In this document: one piece after another, positions 41,545 through 51,110 of the stretch
Layout: every line of letters begins with the position of its first letter
Numbering within the stretch: position 1 is the first letter of the stretch
Assembly (NCBI GenBank): GCA_016783745.1
Contig: JADHVZ010000006.1
Span: 3,397-67,396 of the forward strand
Direction of reading: 5' to 3'
From: Candidatus Omnitrophota bacterium
Lineage (GTDB): Bacteria; Omnitrophota; Gorgyraeia; JAHIPI01
DNA: 64,000 nucleotides
The notes under the pieces: model-generated
Told to the model about the DNA's origin: nothing
What the model saw: the letters and a program-made list of their open reading frames with translations, nothing else
The model's database searches: none
Made by a program: the position numbers and the translations under genes

Positions 41545-42327
41545 CTACTCCGCGTTATTTGTGAAAATGAAATCATCGATGTAGGCGATGTCGCCCTGCA
41601 TATTACCGACATCCTTTCCAAACGCTATGCCTAAATTATCAAGTTGAGACAGATCCACTTTACCGCTGATCTGAGCAAGCGGTATCATTATCCTCTGCCA
41701 CTGGGCAGTCAGGTCAGGGAGCCTATATCTGATCTGAGGGTCATAATCCAAGGCGTGGCCATCCCTGACCAAAAGCTCCATTTTCTCGCCGCCACTTTCG
41801 CCTTTTGCCCAAAATACAATAAATTTATATCCGGAGGCATCCAGCGACTCTACTTTTTTTGGAGTTGTCGTTATATCTATCGTAGAACCCAGATCCATCG
41901 CAAAACTGCCCCAGGCAAGCTCCGGTTTAACGCCAAGTCCGTTTACAAGCCTGAAGGAATTATTGCCGGAACGGACATTCGCCGTATTGTAGCCGAGTGA
42001 AACAGGATCATAGACCCAGGAAACAGGAAACTCGTTTACATTTTCCCAATCAGGTTCCAACGCCCCGTATACACCTATTTCGCCGCCTAGATTATTCGGC
42101 CACCCTTCAAAATCAGCGACGATCAAGGCATCATCCGACACCGCCGCCTTCTCCGATTCCACCATAGGCTTTGAGGGTATTGCGGGCGGGGCTTTCGGTG
42201 TTTCTACTTGACTACTTTGCGCGGTTTCCGGCTCTGAGATAGGCTGTTCCACCTCAGCCTTTTTCCCGCATCCTGAAACCGCGAATAACAGCACAAAAAG
42301 GAGAACACAAAATCTATTCATTATCAT
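41545..42327 (-). CDS. Lipoprotein with a CBM-like beta-sandwich domain (paralog A)
   Basis: Lipobox AVSG-C; Pro/Glu-rich linker; ADFEGWPNNLGGE, FWAKG..GGE, WQRIMIPL and YIDDF motifs. Confidence 0.7.
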   Translation of the reverse strand: MIMNRFCVLLFVLLFAVSGCGKKAEVEQPISEPETAQSSQVETPKAPPAIPSKPMVESEKAAVSDDALIVADFEGWPNNLGGEIGVYGALEPDWENVNEFPVSWVYDPVSLGYNTANVRSGNNSFRLVNGLGVKPELAWGSFAMDLGSTIDITTTPKKVESLDASGYKFIVFWAKGESGGEKMELLVRDGHALDYDPQIRYRLPDLTAQWQRIMIPLAQISGKVDLSQLDNLGIAFGKDVGNMQGDIAYIDDFIFTNNAE

Positions 42328-42374
42328 AATTACCTCCTATTGATAATGCACGTATATTATACATAAATCAATGA

Positions 42375-42408
42375 CAAAAGCAATACCGAATTAACGGTAT
42401 TGCTTTTG
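42375..42408. terminator. Perfect 14-bp hairpin between the two CBM-like paralogs
   Basis: CAAAAGCAATACCG-aattaa-CGGTATTGCTTTTG. Confidence 0.75.
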
Positions 42409-42434
42409 CAGAAACAGGATGTATTTTGCGGCGA

Positions 42435-43154
42435 TTATTCGCCGTTGTTAAACATGAAATCGTCTAAATAAACGATCTCGCCTTTCAGGTTGCCGACATC
42501 CCTTCCGAAAGCTATGCCAATATTGTCAAGCGCTGCCAGATCAAGCTTGCCGCTGAACTGCTGCAAAGGAATAACAACCTTCTGCCATTCAGTAGTGGCA
42601 TCCGAAAGCTTATGCTTGACCTGCGGCATATAGTTAAGCGCATGCGCATCTCTCATAAGAAACTGCAACCGCTCTCCGCCTTTTTCGCCCCGTAACCAGA
42701 AAACCAGATATTTAAATCCTGAACAGTCAAAAGATTCCACTCTTTTAGGGATAACTGTTAGATCCGTTGTCGGACCAAGATCCATAGCAAAACTTCCCCA
42801 TGTCTCTTCGGGCTTAAGCCCCAGGCCGTTTACCAGTCTGAATGATTGTCTTCCTCCGTGGACATTCTTGATATCATAAGTCGGCGTTATGGTCTCATAG
42901 ACCCATGAATATGGTACACTCGCTATATCATCCCAATTCGGCTCGAGCGATCCGTAAACACCTACTTCACCGCCCAAATTATTAGGCCAGCCCTCGAAAT
43001 CCGCTATCAAGACAACGCCGGCCTCGGCCTCAGTCACCACGACCTCTTCCATTTCCGTCAGCTCGCTTATCAGATCATCCTGTCCTATAGCAGTATTTAC
43101 AAACAGGAAAGTCGCGACTGCCAGAAATAACGCAAAAAATGTTCTTCTTACCAT
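42435..43154 (-). CDS. Secreted protein with a CBM-like beta-sandwich domain (paralog B)
   Basis: Signal peptide; shares ADFEGWPNNLGGE.GVYG.LEP.W, SFRLVNGLG.KPE..WGSFAMDLG and GIAFG.DVGN..G with 41545-42327. Confidence 0.7.
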   Translation of the reverse strand: MVRRTFFALFLAVATFLFVNTAIGQDDLISELTEMEEVVVTEAEAGVVLIADFEGWPNNLGGEVGVYGSLEPNWDDIASVPYSWVYETITPTYDIKNVHGGRQSFRLVNGLGLKPEETWGSFAMDLGPTTDLTVIPKRVESFDCSGFKYLVFWLRGEKGGERLQFLMRDAHALNYMPQVKHKLSDATTEWQKVVIPLQQFSGKLDLAALDNIGIAFGRDVGNLKGEIVYLDDFMFNNGE

Positions 43155-43176
43155 GTCCTACCTCCTTTGTTATTTT

Positions 43177-44250
43177 TTAAAATTTTACTACTCCTCTATA
43201 GCCCCTTGATTTTGTCTGTATCATACCAAAAGCCTGAGACACCGCTTTGTAGCCGCTCTTTTGATCCCTGAAAGCGTCCACTATTCCCCAGTGCTCTTCT
43301 ATATGATTATCCTGGGTCAGGGGATTTCCCGCTTTATGCCATCCATCGGACCATTGGAACACTACGACCCCGGCTACCTTTGTACCCGCAGCCTTTATTT
43401 GCGCTTCCACTACTTTACCCTGACTGTACTTTTTACAATAAGTGCTGTACCCTGTTTCCAGGATCAATCCCGGCTTCTTTTGCTGTATACTGCATATACG
43501 TTCTATTTTGCTGACCTGCTTCTTAGCCTCTCTCAGGCTAAATCCCCCATTGAACCAGTCTGTGATCCCTACAAAAGCATTAAAACCCAAAACATCCAGA
43601 AAACCAAAGCCTATGTCCTCGCCCTCTTCTCCCAGTATATTAGAACCTGTCACCGGGTGATCAGGGTCACTTTCTTTGATGGCATCATATATTTCCTTCA
43701 AAAAAGCGTTTACTGTCCTCTTGTCATACTTTTTAAGTATGGATCCTTCTTTGCTCCACCTGAAAGGCATATCGTTCCATATGGACCACATTAGTATAGC
43801 CGGGTGGTCTTTATCTCTTTCGACATAGGCCAGAGCTGTTCGCTTCAGTCCCTCAAGGTCAGACTTGGAGTTGAATTTCGTGCCTCCGCCCGGATAACAT
43901 ATATTTTCGATGACTTTCAGTCCGTACTTATCCGCCAGGTCTAATACACTTGTAGGGAGCGGCGCGTATGTACGTATGGTATTGATGCCGGCCTGCCTCA
44001 TCATCTCGAAATCCTTTTCCCATACGCTGAAAGGTACGCTCTTAAAATCCTGCTTTGGGCCGTAGTCTAAAGAGTAGCTCACGCCTTTCACATAGAAAAG
44101 CTGGCCGTTTACATATATATTTCTTTCATCCCAGGTTATCTTAGCGGGTTTCTTGACTTTATCCTGGCAATCCGCGACATCTACCCCGGATGACAGGAGG
44201 AACGCGAGACACAAAAAACCGCTTAATATATTTCTGATCAGCCTAACCAT
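43177..44250 (-). CDS. Secreted clan GH-A TIM-barrel protein, paralog of the 39245-41536 barrel
   Basis: Signal peptide; VKGVSY, DFEMMRQAGINTIRTY, WSIWND, ILETGYST, FQWSDGWHK and EEHWG motifs. Confidence 0.75.
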   Translation of the reverse strand: MVRLIRNILSGFLCLAFLLSSGVDVADCQDKVKKPAKITWDERNIYVNGQLFYVKGVSYSLDYGPKQDFKSVPFSVWEKDFEMMRQAGINTIRTYAPLPTSVLDLADKYGLKVIENICYPGGGTKFNSKSDLEGLKRTALAYVERDKDHPAILMWSIWNDMPFRWSKEGSILKKYDKRTVNAFLKEIYDAIKESDPDHPVTGSNILGEEGEDIGFGFLDVLGFNAFVGITDWFNGGFSLREAKKQVSKIERICSIQQKKPGLILETGYSTYCKKYSQGKVVEAQIKAAGTKVAGVVVFQWSDGWHKAGNPLTQDNHIEEHWGIVDAFRDQKSGYKAVSQAFGMIQTKSRGYRGVVKF

Positions 44251-46664
44251 ACGTCCACTATATGTGTTTTGTTATCGTTTCTTGCTCTTACAATTTTATG
44301 TTTCTGCTCAATACCGTCGACTATTATACGCTTTACGCCGCTTTGGACTCCCATGGGGTTTTTAATAGTGATCTTGTACTTATCCCCCCTGAAAAGTCTT
44401 GTTATGGAACATTTTTTCCAGTGCGAAGGTATAGAAGGGTCTATCCGCAGTCCATTAAACTCTCTGTGTACACCTAAAAGATATTCTGTAGCGGCCAGGT
44501 ATGTCCACGCCGCGGTGCCGGTTATCCAGCTAAAAGCTCCCTCACCATATCTGTAAGGATGTTCCGGGCCTATTAGATATTCCGCATATACGTAAGGCTC
44601 TGTCTTGTAAAGATTCATGTCCTTCTGGCTGCTCGGCATGATCTTCCTCATGCTCTCATACGCCTTGTTCCCGCGTCCTGCCATGCAGTCAGCGACTATC
44701 TTGAACGTCGCGGCATGGCAAAATACGGCGGCGTTCTCCTTGGTACCTTCGGAAAACATGGTTATCCGGCCAAGCTTGGGATTGTAATTAGAGTAAGCCG
44801 GAAAAAAAAGAGCTATGCCGTGTTTTCCGTCCAGGTACTTATCGACTGCCTTAAATAATTTTTTCCTCCGTCCGGCAGTCGCGACACCACTTAAGACCGC
44901 CCAACTCTGGGTGTTTACGAATATCTTACCCTCACTATTTTTAGCTGAACCGTATATGGTATCGCAGTCCGTAAATCCGCGCAAATACCAGCTTCCGTCC
45001 CAGCAGTGCTTATTTATACGTTCGGTCATGATTTTAGCGCGGTTTCTGAATTGTTTGGCCTTATTTCCGTAGCCTATGATGTCCGCCAGCTCCAATAAAA
45101 TACTGTATGAGCGCACAAGCGCCATTGCCAGCCAGACACTTTCACCTTTTAAGTGCTTTCCTGCCGCATCTATGCCGTCGTTCCAGTCCGCGTGGCCGAT
45201 CAGCGGTAAGCCGCGTTTTCCGGTATCCGTAAATGTAAAATTGAGATTCTTCTCAAGATGCTCGAACAAAGTCCCCTCGCCGTCCCTAACGGCGCCACCC
45301 TTCCAATGTACATCCTTCCTGGTAGCCTTTTCTCTCCAGGCGTCTTTCATATAGGGGAATCTCTCAAGAAGGATCTTCTTATCGCCTGTTTCTTTCACAT
45401 AAGCCGAAACTGTCGAAGTCAACCAGACGGGGTGATCCTTATTTGGCGCGAAAGCGGCCGGACCCCTGGTAGATGACCAGCCCGGAGCGCTTGAACCATC
45501 CCTTCTTATAAGGGTCGCCAAGGTGGCTATTTTACCATACGCGTGCTTCGGATTTATCGACATAATGCCTTCGGCATCCTGGCACGAATCCCTATAGCCC
45601 CTTCCGCCGGAACCTTCATGGTAGTAAGACGGAGACCTGGACCACAGATTACAGATATACATCTGGTACTTTACCCAGATATTTATCATAGTATTAAAAT
45701 TTTTGTCCGGAGTCTCTACGGTAACATTATCAAGGATCCTATTTTGCCACAGTTTTTTGGTCTTTTCGAATTCAGACTGAGCGGTTTTGACATTTCTGTA
45801 TTTTGAGACTATCGCTTTTGCTTTATTTTTATTGTCTGTCTGACCCAATATAACCGCGAAAACTTTTTCCTCTTTCGGGCCAAGCCCGGCCTTAAGGCAA
45901 AAAGAGCCTATCCCGTCCTCCCCCGAACAGATCTCTGAAGATATATACCTGTCGGACGACACGGATTCCGGACAGGACTCATTGTTATATCTTCCCAAAA
46001 ATCTGTCTTTCCTCGTCGCGTAACCACTGGCCGGCAGGCTTGAAGCCAAGAAAGCTACAGAGTGAAACGGCTGTATATTATTCGCCTCCCACATAGCGGT
46101 CTTTCTCGCGAATATTATCTCATCTTTTTTGTCGTACCATACCCTGTTATAAAGGTTCATAATATTTCTATAGCGAAGCTCCATATGGTAATCGCCCATA
46201 AGCCACTCGACATAAGGGGCAATAGTAAGGCTTCTCTTCCTGGATGTAGTGTTTTTAAGCCTGACAAGCCAGATCTCACAACTGTCTTCAGGAGGCACAA
46301 AGTATGTGACTTCAGATTCTATTCCGTGATTTCTTGTCTTTATCGCTGTATATCCCAGGCCATGCCTGGCTTCAAAAAAATCGAATTTAGCTCTTACCGG
46401 CTGGTATGTAGCGCCCCAGTATTTTTTTGTTTTATTATCCCTTAAATATATATATTTACCGGGCCTATCCTTATGATAATTTTGCGGAGCCCAGCGCGTT
46501 GTCCTGTCAGTCCGGCAGTCTTTATAAAAACTATAACCTCCGGCACACTGCGAAATAACGCAGCAATAATCATTATTAGTCAGATAATTTATCCAGGGCC
46601 GTGGCGTCTGGGGTGTTTTAATTATATATTCCATGCCGTCTTTTGAAAAATTTCCGTATTTCAT
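44238..46664 (-). CDS. GH94 glycoside phosphorylase (cellobiose/chitobiose phosphorylase-like)
   Basis: MKYG.F...EY.I..P.TPRPW.NYL, G.GYRDSCQD, catalytic ADWNDG, GESVW, ENAAVFCHA and SWITGTAAW motifs. Confidence 0.92.
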   Translation of the reverse strand: MKYGNFSKDGMEYIIKTPQTPRPWINYLTNNDYCCVISQCAGGYSFYKDCRTDRTTRWAPQNYHKDRPGKYIYLRDNKTKKYWGATYQPVRAKFDFFEARHGLGYTAIKTRNHGIESEVTYFVPPEDSCEIWLVRLKNTTSRKRSLTIAPYVEWLMGDYHMELRYRNIMNLYNRVWYDKKDEIIFARKTAMWEANNIQPFHSVAFLASSLPASGYATRKDRFLGRYNNESCPESVSSDRYISSEICSGEDGIGSFCLKAGLGPKEEKVFAVILGQTDNKNKAKAIVSKYRNVKTAQSEFEKTKKLWQNRILDNVTVETPDKNFNTMINIWVKYQMYICNLWSRSPSYYHEGSGGRGYRDSCQDAEGIMSINPKHAYGKIATLATLIRRDGSSAPGWSSTRGPAAFAPNKDHPVWLTSTVSAYVKETGDKKILLERFPYMKDAWREKATRKDVHWKGGAVRDGEGTLFEHLEKNLNFTFTDTGKRGLPLIGHADWNDGIDAAGKHLKGESVWLAMALVRSYSILLELADIIGYGNKAKQFRNRAKIMTERINKHCWDGSWYLRGFTDCDTIYGSAKNSEGKIFVNTQSWAVLSGVATAGRRKKLFKAVDKYLDGKHGIALFFPAYSNYNPKLGRITMFSEGTKENAAVFCHAATFKIVADCMAGRGNKAYESMRKIMPSSQKDMNLYKTEPYVYAEYLIGPEHPYRYGEGAFSWITGTAAWTYLAATEYLLGVHREFNGLRIDPSIPSHWKKCSITRLFRGDKYKITIKNPMGVQSGVKRIIVDGIEQKHKIVRARNDNKTHIVDVWLG

Positions 46665-46671
46665 TCAGCTT

Positions 46672-47979
46672 CTATCTTTCCCTCTCCTTCAGTAATTTGT
46701 TTGCCTTAGGAGTAGCTTCTCTTATCACTTCCTCAACATCAGCTGTCCCGTTAAAGACCAGATCCAGCTTAGGCGATAGATATAATTCGTTTACTTCACG
46801 CCATTTAATGTGAAAAGGTTCGAATACGACATGTCCTACGGCTTCATTAAGCATACCTTTATTTTTTGGCGGACTATCGCTGCCCGCAAAGTACGGGCCT
46901 AAGGCTATTGGCTTAAGGGCCGGCTGCGCCAGTCCCATTTCAGACAAAAATATTTGAGCTTTATCACTCGTCAGGGCTTTTACGATGCTCCACGCAAGTT
47001 CCGGATATTTAGTGGATTTGAGCACGCAGTAACCCGATCCGCCGGTCCCGAATTTCCTTATACCGGAAGGGCCTTTGGGAAACATGGCCACATCCCAATC
47101 AAAATCCTTTATGTTGCCAAACATAACGCTTTCCCAGAAGCCGGACTGATACATGGCAAGCTTCTGTGACATAAATAACTGCTGTGCGCCCATGCCAAGG
47201 TTACCGAATTCAACCGGGCTGGGAGAGACCTTATGTTTATTGATAAGGTCCGAGTAAAACTGTAATCCCTCTATACTTTCCGGCCTGCCCAGAGTGAATT
47301 CCCTGGGGTCTCCCACGTTATCTACTATGCTGCCGCCGTTTGAATAAACAAAATTTTGCCAGGTCCAACCGTAAAAACCGTACTGCGCCACCCTTCCGTT
47401 TTCATCCAGCTTAGTAAGCGCCTTTGCCTTGGAAAGCATATCATCCCAGGTCCAATCATCAGCAGGATACGGTATGCCGGCTTTGTCAAACAAGCGCTTG
47501 TTATAAAATACACAGGCAAATGGCGCCGTGTCTCTGGGTATGCAGTAAGTCTTACCGTCCTTAGTAAATCTCTCGATCATCTCCGGGAAAAAATCGTCCA
47601 CATTAAATTCTGTATCACTCTCTATGTAAGGCTTAAGATCCAGAAAAGCATCCATAGCCCAGAAATTCACAAATATATTTGATTCCACAAACATGACGTC
47701 CGGAGCCGTGCCGCCCGCTATTCTTATGAGCAGCTTGTTTGTGTAAGACCCGGCCGGTGTGTGCTCAATTTTAGCGACTGCTTCCGGATGGCCTTTTTGC
47801 CATTCATCGATTATCTTGTTGATTATCTCTATCTCATCCGGCCCGCCCCATATAGCGACTTTGATCACAGGCTGTTTGGAAGAAGTGCCGCATCCGGCCA
47901 TATTGAGTAATGAAAAGACTGTAATAAGGGTAAGTATAAAAAAAACAACTGGCTTTTTATTGATGCTAAATCTGCTCAT
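46672..47979 (-). CDS. Sugar ABC transporter substrate-binding lipoprotein
   Basis: Lipobox MAG-C; AGGTAPDV, FYNKRLFDKAG.PYP..DWTWDD and DWDVAMFP motifs. Confidence 0.9.
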   Translation of the reverse strand: MSRFSINKKPVVFFILTLITVFSLLNMAGCGTSSKQPVIKVAIWGGPDEIEIINKIIDEWQKGHPEAVAKIEHTPAGSYTNKLLIRIAGGTAPDVMFVESNIFVNFWAMDAFLDLKPYIESDTEFNVDDFFPEMIERFTKDGKTYCIPRDTAPFACVFYNKRLFDKAGIPYPADDWTWDDMLSKAKALTKLDENGRVAQYGFYGWTWQNFVYSNGGSIVDNVGDPREFTLGRPESIEGLQFYSDLINKHKVSPSPVEFGNLGMGAQQLFMSQKLAMYQSGFWESVMFGNIKDFDWDVAMFPKGPSGIRKFGTGGSGYCVLKSTKYPELAWSIVKALTSDKAQIFLSEMGLAQPALKPIALGPYFAGSDSPPKNKGMLNEAVGHVVFEPFHIKWREVNELYLSPKLDLVFNGTADVEEVIREATPKANKLLKERER

Positions 47980-48034
47980 TTTTTACCTCACATTTATTTC
48001 TATGTGAATTTTCGATATAAGCAAAGAGGTAAGT

Positions 48035-48063
48035 ATTATAACATAATCATTGAAATTAGTCAA
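48035..48063 (-). promoter_or_regulatory. Sigma70 promoter heading the glycan cluster
   Basis: TTGACT-N17-TATAAT with a TGn extension; the -35 overlaps the trpF 3' end. Confidence 0.75.
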
Positions 48064-48676
48064 GAGCCTTAATAATGCTTATTATCCGCTCCATAAGCTT
48101 TTTATCCTTTTTACCCGGGATTAGCTCTATGGAGCTGGATATGTCTACTCCATAAGGCCTTACAGCTTTTATAGCTTCCTCTATATTATATAGAGAGAGG
48201 CCCCCTGAAAGTATCATGGGTATGCCCAGGCTCCTGGCTTTAAGCGCAAGGCCCCAGTCAAAAGTCTTTCCTGTGCCGCCGTAAGCCTCTTTAGAGTAAG
48301 TATCCAAAAGGCAGGCGAAAATATCCTTATAATCAGTTATGGGCTTGAGGCTTTTTTCGTCTTTGATCCTGAACGCCTTTATCACCTTCCACCGCAACAG
48401 CTTAGAACAAAAAAGCGGGTTTTCATCGCCGTGAAGCTGGAGGGCGTCTAAAGAACAATTTCCGGCAATTCTTTCAATATTAGACAGGTCTTCATTCACG
48501 AAAACGCCGACTTTTAGAACGCTTCCCTTGAGCCCCTTTATGATGGATCTGGCTTTTTTCGGATCCACTTTTCTGGGGCTTTCAGCGAATACAAAGCCGA
48601 TCGCGTCAGCGCCTAAGTCCACAGCGCCTTGCGCGTCTTCCTGATTGGTTATACCGCATATCTTGATCTTGGTCAT
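48056..48676 (-). CDS. trpF: Phosphoribosylanthranilate isomerase
   Basis: KIKICGIT, QLHGDE, GGTGKTFDW and GVDISS motifs. Confidence 0.96.
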   Translation of the reverse strand: MTKIKICGITNQEDAQGAVDLGADAIGFVFAESPRKVDPKKARSIIKGLKGSVLKVGVFVNEDLSNIERIAGNCSLDALQLHGDENPLFCSKLLRWKVIKAFRIKDEKSLKPITDYKDIFACLLDTYSKEAYGGTGKTFDWGLALKARSLGIPMILSGGLSLYNIEEAIKAVRPYGVDISSSIELIPGKKDKKLMERIISIIKALD

Positions 48677-48700
48677 TATTCTATTGGATAGCTGGATACT

Positions 48701-48738
48701 GATGTTACGAGACGTTACGAAAGATTACGTAACCTCAA
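48701..48738. repeat. GTTACGA 10-bp repeat family, second site
   Basis: gatgttacga gacgttacga aagattacgt, ending in inverted GTAACCTCAA. Confidence 0.7.
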
Positions 48739-48743
48739 TATAA

Positions 48744-49523
48744 TTACCCTATTAACTCCCTCATCTTTTCTCCTATGTCCTCGCTGCGCATCAGGGCTTC
48801 GCCTACAAGCACCGCGTTGATCCCGAAAGACCTTAAATATGAGATATTCTCCTTTGATTTTATGCCGCTTTCGGAGACTATCACCTTACCGCCCGGGATC
48901 ATCTTTAAAAGGCGGGGTGTGGTCTTTATGTCGACCTTAAAGGTATGCAGGTCTCTATTGTTTATGCCTATTATATCACACCCTGAATCCAGCGCTTTTT
49001 TGACGTCTTCTTCGCCATGCACTTCGACAAGAAAATCAATGGAATACCGGCTGCCTATTTCCAGAAATCTTTTTATTTCCTCGACCGACAGCAGGTCCGC
49101 GATCAAAAGCGCGGCGTCTGCTCCCGCTAAAACCGATTCGTATATCTGATATTCGTCTATTATAAAATCTTTTCTTAAAATAGGCAGGGATATACCCTTC
49201 CTTATTTCTTTTAAATATGACAGCTTACCCTGGAAAAATTTCTTGTCTGTAAGCACTGATATAGCCGATGCGCCATTTGCCTGGTATACAGAAGCTATCT
49301 TGACAGGATTAAAATCTTCTCTTATCACTCCGGCTGAAGGGGACGCCTTCTTCACCTCGGCTATAAGATGGATCTTGTGGGGTTTGCTTAGTGAGTTTTT
49401 AAAAAGATTCTTTGGGCGGGGCGCTATACCCTCAAGCCTCGCTATCAGATCCTCCTGAGGGGCCTTTTTCCTGGATCTTTCTACTTCCTTTCTCTTCGTT
49501 TCTATTATCTCGGTTAGGATCAT
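48744..49523 (-). CDS. trpC: Indole-3-glycerol phosphate synthase
   Basis: IAEVKKASPS, LRKDFI, GINNRDL and SESGI motifs. Confidence 0.97.
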   Translation of the reverse strand: MILTEIIETKRKEVERSRKKAPQEDLIARLEGIAPRPKNLFKNSLSKPHKIHLIAEVKKASPSAGVIREDFNPVKIASVYQANGASAISVLTDKKFFQGKLSYLKEIRKGISLPILRKDFIIDEYQIYESVLAGADAALLIADLLSVEEIKRFLEIGSRYSIDFLVEVHGEEDVKKALDSGCDIIGINNRDLHTFKVDIKTTPRLLKMIPGGKVIVSESGIKSKENISYLRSFGINAVLVGEALMRSEDIGEKMRELIG

Positions 49524-50533
49524 CTGCCGCTCTCGTCTATCAGCTTGCGCAATGTCTCAAGCGCCTTTCCGGAGCTTACGCATTCCGCTGCTATCTTTAC
49601 GCCTTCCCTGAAATCGCCTGCCTTGCCGGCCATATGTAAAGCGGCGCCGGAATTTATCAACACCATATCAAGGCGCGGGCCTTTATCCTTTCCTTCCAGT
49701 ATCTCCAGCACAGCTTTCTTGTTATGTTCTCTACTCCCGCCTCTTATATCTTCCAGGGAACCTTCTTTAATGCCAAAATCTGACGGTTCGATAGTGTGTG
49801 TCTCGACCTTCCCGTCCTTAAGTTCCGACAGCCTGGTTTTTCCTTTAATTGATATCTCATCCAGGCCTTCATATCCATGGACTACAAATGCCCTTTCAGA
49901 ACCCAGTTTATTGAGGGCCTCCGCCATTACCTCCGTCAATTCAGCCTTAAAAACGCCGAGCACCTGCATCTTCGCGCCGGCGGGGTTGGAGAGCGGGCCC
50001 AGAATATTAAAAATAGTCCGCGTCTTGAGTTCACTTCTTATCTGTGCCACATTTTTCATCGCGGGATGAAAATTCTTAGCGAATATAAATCCTATGCCTA
50101 TCTTTTCAATAAGTTCAGCGACCTTCTCAGGCGGAATATTTATATTAACACCGAGCTCCATCAGTATATCGGCGCTTCCGCACTTACCGGTAAAGGATAC
50201 ATTGCCGTGCTTGGCCACTTTCATGCCGCAGCCGGCCAGAATAATGGCAGAGACCGTAGAAACGTTTATATCATTAAACGGCGCGCCGCCTGTGCCGCAT
50301 GTATCGATAAGATCCTTTTTAGGCACGGAGACTTTCGTCATTTTGTCCCTCATGATCTTCGCTGCCGCGGCGATCTCCCCGGGACTCTCCCCCTTCGCTT
50401 TAAGGGATAAAAGGAACTCCTTTACATCATCACTTCCGGCTTCTCCGTTCATTATCTCGCTAAAAACGGCTTCCATCTCGGCGCTATCGAGATCGACTTT
50501 CTTTGACAATACACGTATGGCTTCTTTTATCAT
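49520..50533 (-). CDS. trpD: Anthranilate phosphoribosyltransferase
   Basis: DTCGTGG, KHGN, FNILGPL.NP and GLDEIS motifs. Confidence 0.96.
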   Translation of the reverse strand: MIKEAIRVLSKKVDLDSAEMEAVFSEIMNGEAGSDDVKEFLLSLKAKGESPGEIAAAAKIMRDKMTKVSVPKKDLIDTCGTGGAPFNDINVSTVSAIILAGCGMKVAKHGNVSFTGKCGSADILMELGVNINIPPEKVAELIEKIGIGFIFAKNFHPAMKNVAQIRSELKTRTIFNILGPLSNPAGAKMQVLGVFKAELTEVMAEALNKLGSERAFVVHGYEGLDEISIKGKTRLSELKDGKVETHTIEPSDFGIKEGSLEDIRGGSREHNKKAVLEILEGKDKGPRLDMVLINSGAALHMAGKAGDFREGVKIAAECVSSGKALETLRKLIDESGR

Positions 50534-50542
50534 TCTAACTCC

Positions 50543-51109
50543 CTATTTGATCTGCAGAAAATTATTAAGGATCTTTTTCCCTTCGCCGGTCAATATCGAT
50601 TCAGGGTGAAACTGTACGCCGTATATATGATGGTCCTTATGCTTTAAGGCCATTATCTCTTTTTCCTTTGTCTCGGCAGTGATTAAAAAGCAATCGGGAA
50701 GGGAACTTCTTTCCGCGATAAGCGAATGATATCTTGTAGCTTCAAAAGGGTTTTTTACACCTTTAAATATATCTCTTCCGTCGTGCATAATGGCCGATGT
50801 CTTACCGTGCATCAGTTTTTCCGCCCTTACTATGACTCCGCCGAAGACCTCCGCTACCGCCTGATGGCCCAGGCACACCCCAAGGATAGGTATTTTACCC
50901 GCGAAGGCCCTGATGGCAGGCTCTGATATACCGGCATCCGAAGGATAGCCCGGCCCGGGAGATATTATTATCCGCTCCGGATCCAGTTTTTCCATATCTT
51001 TAAGATCTATCTTGTCATTACGATAGACTTCAAGTTCCGCCCCAAGCTCACCAAGGTATTGCACCAGGTTATACGTAAACGAATCATAATTATCTATTAC
51101 CAATATCAT
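50543..51109 (-). CDS. trpG: Anthranilate synthase component II (glutamine amidotransferase)
   Basis: [23 protein letters not shown] and QFHPES motifs. Confidence 0.95.
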   Translation of the reverse strand: MILVIDNYDSFTYNLVQYLGELGAELEVYRNDKIDLKDMEKLDPERIIISPGPGYPSDAGISEPAIRAFAGKIPILGVCLGHQAVAEVFGGVIVRAEKLMHGKTSAIMHDGRDIFKGVKNPFEATRYHSLIAERSSLPDCFLITAETKEKEIMALKHKDHHIYGVQFHPESILTGEGKKILNNFLQIK

Positions 51110-51110
51110 C

